Shown in pieces: positions 17,856 to 24,073 of a DNA stretch of 24,073 nt (the stretch's first letter is position 1; every line of letters starts with the position of its first letter). A program made the position numbers and the translations under genes. Location: positions 1-24,073 of the IMG/VR virus record IMGVR_UViG_3300044558_000004; one strand, 5' to 3'. The notes under the pieces are model-generated. The model was not told the origin of the DNA. It saw only the letters and a program-made list of their open reading frames with translations, and made no database searches. The stretch is from a virus. Taxonomy: Duplodnaviria; Caudoviricetes.

Positions 17856-20800
17856 TGATAATTGGCTCTGCTACAGCTAATATCGATGACAACTTGAAGA
17901 AAGCTGATGATGCTAACGATGCGGCTGCTGTAGCAAATAACGGTGTTAAAGACATCAACAGTGACAATAAATTAACGCCAAACGAAAAACTTTCGTTGAA
18001 ACGTTTGTATGATAGCGATGTATTAAAACATGACTTTGATATTAAGCAATTAACCTCAATGAGTTTGCCGACTGCTGATATTGATTTAGCATTAAGCAAT
18101 TTAACTACTTTTACAGCAAAATACTTCGTCAATATGGATATTACCGAAGAGGTTGACCGACAGGCTTTGAATAAAGTTTTTAACGATTTTGATAATGCTG
18201 ACAAAGCCGTGGAGGGTCTTTTCAACGACAAGGTTCAACAAGTAGCGGACAATGCTAAAAAAGCTGGAGATGATGCAAAAGAAGCCGGCGAGAAAGCACA
18301 AGAAGCTGGGGAAGCAGCAAAGCAAGCCGCTGGTCAAGCACAAGCAGACGCAGCTACTGCTCAACAGAAAGCCCAGTCTAGTATTGATCAACTTAACGCT
18401 CACTTACCAGATATTGATACAGCATTAAGCACCGCTAACTTAGTTAAGCAAGATGTTACTAAGTTAAGCGATACTACAGAACAATACCACAACGAGTACA
18501 CAACAGGTATTCAGAATGTGATTAGTACAGTCAACAACATGACGATAAGCAACCGTAACCTAGCGCTTGGAACCGCAACAGTATTCACAATGACTGGTGA
18601 GAATAGAAGTAATCAAGTGCAAGATGGTTGTTACGGATTTTCTAGCGTAATACCGTTTGGAACTGTAGTAACAATATCATTTGACGTATCATCTTCTACT
18701 GGTGTTGGTGATTTCACTATGCAATTCTATGGTGGTGAACCTGACGGCAAACCTGCAAGTAGCTGGCAAATTATTTCTGAGGGTAGCCTAGTCAACGGAA
18801 CAAAACACATATCTGTTACTCTCACAACTGATAGTGACCATTTACATGTTCACCCTAGGCTAGACAATGCAACTGGAACAGTGACTATTTCTAACTTTAT
18901 TATTTCTGAATCTTCAAAAGAAGTAAGTTGGTCGCCAGCGCCAGAAGATTTGGCTACAAGCTCTGAAATCGACCAGCTAAGCAATGCAATTAAGTTGAAA
19001 GCTGATTCTAGTGACGTGACATCACAAATCACGGTAGCCACTAAAGGTATTCAAAATGAAGTTGATAATAAAGTTACTGATTTAAATACTAAAATTTCTC
19101 AAACATCGGATGCTGTTCAAATCCTAGCTAGCACATCGGGCAGTAAAAACCTTGTATATAATGCCACGTTTGAACAAATGACAAATGGCTTCCCTACTGG
19201 ATGGACTAAGAGTGGTAATGCTTCTAATGAGATAGGATATGTTTCAAGTGTTCCAGTATCTTCGTATCAGGGTAGGACTTCGATTGGGATAAACACATCA
19301 AAAGAATTAGGCTGGGTAATGTTTGCACAATCAGACCCACAACCATTGCCGATTGATAATAGTGCGGATTCAGTGAACAATGTTTACAGTGCTTCAATGA
19401 TGGTTAGAGTGTACGGTGACGGCGGGGCTAAACCAAATGGACGCGTACATGTTGTTTTGGTTTTTTATGATGCTAACAAAGCACGAATCGAAAGTAATTA
19501 TAAAGGCGTTTGGTCACAAACCGCAAAAGAAAGCAACGAACAGTGGCAATTAGTTAAAGTTGAAAACTTAGCTCCTGTAGCAAACGCAAAATATGTAGCT
19601 ATTCAAGCGTTCACTTATGGTTCACCGACACATGCAATGATTAACCAACCAATGGTTAACATTGGAGCAACGGTACAACCTTTTAAACCTGATATGGTCA
19701 ATCAAGCTTCTATCACGGCTTCGATTAATAATATTAATTTAAAGGTTGCAAACTCAAATGGCTCTTCATCACAAGTAAATATTAACGATAATACGATTTT
19801 ATTAGACGCCAATAAAATTATTATTAATGGTAATACAAGCATTCAAAATGGAACTATTGGTACAGCTAAGATTGCCAATGCTGCTATCAATACAGCACAG
19901 ATTGCCGATGGATCAATTAATAATGCTAAGATTGCTAACGCAGCTATCAATGATGCCAAGATATCGAATCTGAATGGTAATAAGATTGTTGCTGGCAGTA
20001 TTACAGCTGAGCAATTGAATGCTAATGATATTATTGCAAACGTTATTAATGGTAAGACAATTAACGGTATTACTATTACTACCCCTAACTTACAGTTGGG
20101 AACTAATGGTATTTTGAGTGAAGACTGGAGCTTAAATCAAGCCACTTCATTGTTTAATCCTAAGAAAGGTTCAGGAACAATGACTTTGACTCAAGGTCTT
20201 TTAGCTACCAGTGGTACACTATCACGCTGGTGGTCTAACGATGGTGGTTATTGGTATGGAATCGGCGATGATGGATCTAAGATTAAAAACGGTTCAAATC
20301 AGGTCGGTGACAATTACGGTGCCGGTTATGCTCAACACAATATTTTTGATTCCAAAGGTAACACTCTTTTAAGAACTTATATGGATGCCACTGGTCTATA
20401 TATGAATAGTGGTGGTACTGCAGCCGTCAATACTGTATTAACACAGCAAGGGTTGACGACTACAAATATTAATGCCCTAGGTACTATTAATGGTGCTTCG
20501 TTAATTACAAATGGTTGGGTAGATGCTGGATTAAGTAATGGACATGGAGTTCGTATTGGACAGCAGACGATTCAGTCACATAATTCTCAAAATATATATT
20601 TCAATGGAGATGACAATAAACAAAGTGTAACTCTTCATGCGAAGGCTATTGTTCAATCATCACAATTGAGCCGAAAAAAAGATATTAAACCTTTAGACCC
20701 AGATTATGCCATGAAGGTTATCAGAGATTCAGATATGTACGGATATCGCTATAACGAGGAATCTCCAACCGAACCATTGCATTATTCTGGAATTATTGAT

Positions 20801-20911
20801 GATGTCAATGGAATACCACAATTTAAAATGCCAGAAGAGTTTATTTCTGAAGATAGAACGGGGCGTAATGATGGTAACACAGTAGCTTTTCTTGTTGAAG
20901 CTCTTAAGTAA
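17855..20911 (+). CDS. Tail fibre/host-specificity protein with carbohydrate-binding-like modules and a C-terminal S74-type intramolecular chaperone; probably prematurely terminated (frame continues to 20959)
   Basis: Coiled-coil N-terminus, RNLALGT...WSPAPED and KNLVYNATFE modules, 10-aa AKIA repeats, and SSQLSRKKDIKPL...Y.Y...GIID resembling the chaperone/autocleavage domain. Confidence 0.8.
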   Translation: MIIGSATANIDDNLKKADDANDAAAVANNGVKDINSDNKLTPNEKLSLKRLYDSDVLKHDFDIKQLTSMSLPTADIDLALSNLTTFTAKYFVNMDITEEVDRQALNKVFNDFDNADKAVEGLFNDKVQQVADNAKKAGDDAKEAGEKAQEAGEAAKQAAGQAQADAATAQQKAQSSIDQLNAHLPDIDTALSTANLVKQDVTKLSDTTEQYHNEYTTGIQNVISTVNNMTISNRNLALGTATVFTMTGENRSNQVQDGCYGFSSVIPFGTVVTISFDVSSSTGVGDFTMQFYGGEPDGKPASSWQIISEGSLVNGTKHISVTLTTDSDHLHVHPRLDNATGTVTISNFIISESSKEVSWSPAPEDLATSSEIDQLSNAIKLKADSSDVTSQITVATKGIQNEVDNKVTDLNTKISQTSDAVQILASTSGSKNLVYNATFEQMTNGFPTGWTKSGNASNEIGYVSSVPVSSYQGRTSIGINTSKELGWVMFAQSDPQPLPIDNSADSVNNVYSASMMVRVYGDGGAKPNGRVHVVLVFYDANKARIESNYKGVWSQTAKESNEQWQLVKVENLAPVANAKYVAIQAFTYGSPTHAMINQPMVNIGATVQPFKPDMVNQASITASINNINLKVANSNGSSSQVNINDNTILLDANKIIINGNTSIQNGTIGTAKIANAAINTAQIADGSINNAKIANAAINDAKISNLNGNKIVAGSITAEQLNANDIIANVINGKTINGITITTPNLQLGTNGILSEDWSLNQATSLFNPKKGSGTMTLTQGLLATSGTLSRWWSNDGGYWYGIGDDGSKIKNGSNQVGDNYGAGYAQHNIFDSKGNTLLRTYMDATGLYMNSGGTAAVNTVLTQQGLTTTNINALGTINGASLITNGWVDAGLSNGHGVRIGQQTIQSHNSQNIYFNGDDNKQSVTLHAKAIVQSSQLSRKKDIKPLDPDYAMKVIRDSDMYGYRYNEESPTEPLHYSGIIDDVNGIPQFKMPEEFISEDRTGRNDGNTVAFLVEALK
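19851..19970 (+). repeat. Degenerate 30-nt (10-aa) tandem repeats in the tail fibre (GTIGTAKIAN / AAINTAQIAD / GSINNAKIAN / AAINDAKISN)
   Basis: Four units with 30-nt period, visible in both DNA and protein. Confidence 0.85.
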
Positions 20912-20951
20912 GCTGATAAAAGAATTGGAATATTGGAAGGAATGATGAATC

Positions 20952-21122
20952 GTGACTAAGGAAGAATTAGAAACAGAAAATCAAGAATTAAAAGAAAAGG
21001 TTAGTAATTTAGAATTTACAAACAAGGTTTTGGAAGATTTAGCAAATGTTAGAATACAAAAAATCAGTGATTTAGAAGTCGCAAACTCAACACTAAAGAT
21101 TAAAATCAATGGAGGAAAATAA
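20952..21122 (+). CDS. Small coiled-coil protein (56 aa, MTKEELETENQELKEKVSNLEF...), missing from the ORF track
   Basis: GTG start with GGAAGG upstream, open to TAA 21120-21122. Heptad pattern. Fills the gap between flanking genes. Confidence 0.75.
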   Translation: MTKEELETENQELKEKVSNLEFTNKVLEDLANVRIQKISDLEVANSTLKIKINGGK

Positions 21123-21123
21123 C

Positions 21124-21360
21124 ATGCTGCAAACAACTCAAAGTATTTCATTAAACGGCTCTTCAGTAATTGATGGTGCATCAGTAGTCAATTTCAGTAC
21201 AAGCTTATCAGCAGATCAAGCTTATTCAAGTATTTCAATGCAAATTGTGGATATGGAATTGTATAAAGCTAATAAGGATAAAGTACGAGAAGATCGTGAT
21301 ACGTTCCAAAAACAAGCAGACACATTAGTAGATGGTTTATGTGCCTCAGAAGGAAAATAA
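21124..21360 (+). CDS. Small hypothetical phage protein (MLQTTQSISLNG...)
   Basis: GGAGG at 21111-21115 favours ATG 21124 over 21109. Typical position for small genes after a tail fibre. Confidence 0.7.
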   Translation: MLQTTQSISLNGSSVIDGASVVNFSTSLSADQAYSSISMQIVDMELYKANKDKVREDRDTFQKQADTLVDGLCASEGK

Positions 21361-21378
21361 AGATAGGAGTGATTTCAG

Positions 21379-21750
21379 ATGAGTAAAGAACTGAATTATA
21401 CAGAAGATTCACCTCGACAAACTAAGCTGGGAGACACAACTACTAAATTAAATTTAGCCTTAACTGAAAATGGTAATAACATTGATGTGACGGGCATTAC
21501 TAATATTACGGTTAAGTTGGGAGATGCTTCAAATAAAGTGGTATCTGAAATTAGCGTTGATCCAACTAATCTGACAACTGATTCAGATAGTGTAATCACT
21601 GTTCCAATTGATAGCACCGTAATGAGCAAGCTCAAAGTTGGATATTATGGAATGGAGGCGTGGGTAACTAATTCTAAAGGAATTAACATTTTTCCCAGTG
21701 AGGGGGTGTTGAATTTTAATGTTAATGAATCTTATGGAGAAGCACTGTAG
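21379..21750 (+). CDS. Stand-alone BppU N-terminal-like (upper baseplate) domain protein
   Basis: RBS AGGAG. K.GDT, G.Y.MEAWV and IFPSEG motifs resemble BppU-N domains. Confidence 0.6.
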   Translation: MSKELNYTEDSPRQTKLGDTTTKLNLALTENGNNIDVTGITNITVKLGDASNKVVSEISVDPTNLTTDSDSVITVPIDSTVMSKLKVGYYGMEAWVTNSKGINIFPSEGVLNFNVNESYGEAL

Positions 21751-21785
21751 TTCTAAAAAGCTTAATGAAAAAGGGGTGAGAAGCA

Positions 21786-22079
21786 TTGCATACGCTGTTG
21801 GGACTATCTTGGGGGGAATGGGCATCGATCATAACTGTAATTATTTTTATGGCAGGCATTGTTAGCCTGCTTTTTAAATACGTCGTTTTTGGTCCATTTC
21901 AAGACGATATAAAAGATTTAAACAAAAATTTTAAAACTCTCAATGATAATTTGAGGGAAATAAGAGTAAGCATCGAAGAGCTGGATAAGCGAGTAGATGA
22001 ACACGATCGGCGATTAGATCGCCACCACGAACGAATTAAGGATTTACATTACAAAATATGGAAAGGTGGAAATAACTAA
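21786..22079 (+). CDS. Holin-like membrane protein (one TM plus coiled-coil C-terminus)
   Basis: TTG start after AAGGGGTG. N-terminal hydrophobic helix followed by a charged heptad region. Start of the lysis cassette. Confidence 0.65.
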   Translation: MHTLLGLSWGEWASIITVIIFMAGIVSLLFKYVVFGPFQDDIKDLNKNFKTLNDNLREIRVSIEELDKRVDEHDRRLDRHHERIKDLHYKIWKGGNN

Positions 22080-22321
22080 TGAAAACAGTAAAAAATATCA
22101 ACTGGCGTGATGGCAAGTTAATATCTGGATTGATTAGTTTAGGTATTGTGCTAGTACAACAATTAATGGTTGCATTTGGATTTACCTATCCAGTTGACTG
22201 GCAAAACATTATAGGGATTGTTAACACTGTACTAACCATTTTAGGGATGTTAGGGGTAATTAGTGATACAACACTTGTAAATAATTCAAGGGGGAACGAT
22301 AACGTTGAATCTAAAAAATAA
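22079..22321 (+). CDS. Holin (two TM helices)
   Basis: 80 aa, NINW start, two hydrophobic segments, LGVISD, charged tail. Overlaps the endolysin start. Confidence 0.85.
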   Translation: MKTVKNINWRDGKLISGLISLGIVLVQQLMVAFGFTYPVDWQNIIGIVNTVLTILGMLGVISDTTLVNNSRGNDNVESKK

Positions 22322-23429
22322 GCTAAGATGGATTATGGCAATTGTGACAACATTTTTGTTTGCGGTAGCTGTAGGTCAAAGTGCTAAAGCAAGTACAATC
22401 GATAACAGCTATGCTTTGAGTTCAAACCAAGGGTCATCGTTACGAACAAGCAACAACGTTGTTATTGCACATGCTACAGCAGTATATGCTCCTGCTAGAA
22501 ACGTAGCCATTTTTGAAAACCGAACATGGTATAGTAACGGTGCATACGTTCAGTATATCGTTGGTGATGGTGGCAAGATTTACCGAGTTGGTGCCGAGGG
22601 ATATCAAGCATGGGGCGCTGGTTCATGGGCTAACGCTAACGCACCAGTTCAGATTGAACTTGCACAAACGTATGATCAAGCAGAGTTCCGTAAAGACTAC
22701 GTGACCTATGTTAATTTACTACGTTCTAGTGCGATTAAGTATGGTATTCCAACAGACGTTGATAGTTCAGCATGGCGTGGTGTTAAGTCCCATCTTTGGA
22801 TTACTAATAACGTTTGGGGTGACCATACTGATCCTTATGGCTACCTTGCTAGTCATGGTATTACTAAAGCTCAATTTGCACACGATGTTAAATATGGCTT
22901 TAGTTCAAGTGGTAACAATGTAAATCCAACACCTACACCAACTCCAAAACCAAGTACACCAACTAATAAGAAGGCTGTTCACGTAACCTATGCCTTGCAT
23001 CAAAAAGGCAAACAATGGTTAAGTCCAGTTAAAGACTTTGGCTCTGGTTCTAATGGATTCGCTGGTGTTCCTAATAGTGCTCACGATATGCTCTATATCA
23101 AGGTTAACCATGGAACTATTAAGTATCGGGTCCACACTAAAGAAGATGGCTGGTTACCATGGGTGCACAAAGCTAATAAGAATGACACCATTAACGGAGT
23201 TGCAGGCATTAAAGGGCACACGATTGACGGAGTTCAGATGTATTACACAACTCCTTCTGGTGAGACTTACCAGCAAGCTTACTACCGTTCACAAACAACT
23301 CAACGTACTGGTTACTTAGGAACTTGTGCTGACAATGGTTCAGTTTCTGGTTACGATAGCTGGGCTGGAGTGTTAGACGAACCTTTGGATAGGTTGCAGA
23401 TTCATATTAATGACAATAGTAAGTATTAA
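22305..23429 (+). CDS. Endolysin: signal peptide, N-acetylmuramoyl-L-alanine amidase (Amidase_2-like), PT linker and three ChW-like cell-wall binding repeats
   Basis: Basic-hydrophobic-AKA N-terminus. IAHATA, AWGAG..AN, QIEL, SH and DHTDP zinc-amidase motifs. PTPTPTPKP linker. Three repeats of Y..H...G.WL....AG....D. Confidence 0.92.
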   Translation: MNLKNKLRWIMAIVTTFLFAVAVGQSAKASTIDNSYALSSNQGSSLRTSNNVVIAHATAVYAPARNVAIFENRTWYSNGAYVQYIVGDGGKIYRVGAEGYQAWGAGSWANANAPVQIELAQTYDQAEFRKDYVTYVNLLRSSAIKYGIPTDVDSSAWRGVKSHLWITNNVWGDHTDPYGYLASHGITKAQFAHDVKYGFSSSGNNVNPTPTPTPKPSTPTNKKAVHVTYALHQKGKQWLSPVKDFGSGSNGFAGVPNSAHDMLYIKVNHGTIKYRVHTKEDGWLPWVHKANKNDTINGVAGIKGHTIDGVQMYYTTPSGETYQQAYYRSQTTQRTGYLGTCADNGSVSGYDSWAGVLDEPLDRLQIHINDNSKY

Positions 23430-23520
23430 TATAGAGTGTGTTTTATTTGAATATTTAAATTTAAAATGTTAGAGTTACTTTACCCCCAGGATTTTGAACG
23501 TTATATCGCAAACCTTTTAG

Positions 23521-23559
23521 AAAAAGCCTGTTCAGTTTAAATGCTGAGCAGGCTTTTTT
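23521..23559. terminator. Intrinsic terminator (potentially bidirectional) closing the late operon
   Basis: AAAAAGCCTGTTCAG-TTTAAATG-CTGAGCAGGCTTTTTT. Confidence 0.85.
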
Positions 23560-23647
23560 GCTATGGCGAATAAGATTATAAGATGTACTGTAAGTAATTT
23601 ATATTTACGCTATATCAGTATTTTATGTAACGTGTGTACAATAAAAA

Positions 23648-23676
23648 TAGACGAATTTAGTTAATTATGTTAAATT
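23648..23676 (+). promoter_or_regulatory. Candidate sigma70/SigA promoter
   Basis: TAGACG, 17-nt spacer, TAAATT with extended -10 TG at 23668-23669. Confidence 0.5.
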
Positions 23677-23682
23677 GAATAC

Positions 23683-23751
23683 ATTCCTCGATTTGAATAC
23701 TGTAGCTGAATACAGCGAAAGCCTCCTAGTGAACACTAGGGGGCTTTTTTT
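23683..23751 (+). ncRNA. Candidate small RNA 1 (about 70 nt)
   Basis: Promoter upstream, 5' ATTCCTC, small CTGTA/TACAG hairpin, strong terminator, no ORF. Confidence 0.45.
23718..23751 (+). terminator. Intrinsic terminator
   Basis: AAAGCCTCCTAGTG-AA-CACTAGGGGGCTTTTTTT. Confidence 0.85.
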
Positions 23752-23779
23752 AATGTAGTCAAAGGACTATAATAAGGTT

Positions 23780-23854
23780 GTAAGCTAAGTTCCTCCAAAG
23801 AATATTAAGCTTACCAGAGAATCACCAGCCAATAAATAGGTTGCGTGATTTTTT
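23780..23854 (+). ncRNA. Candidate small RNA 2 (about 75 nt)
   Basis: TATAAT at 23768-23773. Stem GTAAGCT/AGCTTAC encloses TTCCTCC. Terminator-like AATCACCAGCC...GGTTGCGTGATTTTTT. Confidence 0.45.
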
Positions 23855-24073
23855 GTTTGTAACTTTATTTTGACGCTTGAAAACACACTTTTTTATGATT
23901 GAAACGGAAGTTTTTCAAAATATAAATAAAGATACGGGAACTATTATAGAACAAAATCAAAAGCATTACCAATAAAAACAATTGGGTGACTTCTGCTGAT
24001 CTTTTTTTAAAGGCAGTGTAGAAGCAACCTGATAGCACCGATTAAAAACTACATTGTAACTAGTTTAAAACCG

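Noticed and set aside
17855-20959. Diversity-generating retroelement or invertible tail-fibre cassette
   Set aside because: No reverse transcriptase, recombinase, template/variable repeat pair or inverted cassette is visible in the window.
20981-21181. Minus-strand 66-aa ORF
   Set aside because: Overlaps the better supported + strand genes 20952..21122 and 21124..21360.
23895-23975. Short ORF MIETEVFQNINKDTGTIIEQNQKHYQ and a nearby TTGACG-18-TATGAT promoter-like match
   Set aside because: No RBS, the ATG lies inside the putative -10, and such matches are common in AT-rich DNA; context beyond the window is missing.
23430-24073. attR site or type I toxin ORF at the right end
   Set aside because: No second att copy, tRNA or integrase is in the window, and I found no hydrophobic small ORF with an RBS on either strand.

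Overview
AT-rich window, all genes on the + strand, covering the late (morphogenesis and lysis) region of a long-tailed (siphovirus-type) phage or prophage, most likely of a Lactobacillaceae host (host is inference). Gene order: small terminase (5'-truncated), large terminase, small membrane protein, HK97-type portal, prohead protease, major capsid, a 70-aa partial Fn3/Ig-like protein, head-tail joining genes, major tail protein, frameshifted tail chaperones, tape measure with M23 and lytic transglycosylase domains, enlarged Dit, Tal-like protein, tail fibre, three small ORFs, two holin-like genes and a signal-peptide amidase endolysin, then a non-coding tail with terminators and two candidate small RNAs. 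The main observation is a duplicated recoding cassette at the 3' ends of both the capsid and the major tail genes: CGTCAAAA, a 5-nt spacer and a 41-nt stem-loop. A -1 shift there would add homologous 21-aa tags (10/21 identical) resembling strands A-B of a fibronectin-III domain, while the free-standing 70-aa gene resembles strands C-G. This suggests a split-Fn3 'tag and catcher' system for decorating head and tail. Family assignments are from motif recognition and synteny, not database searches.
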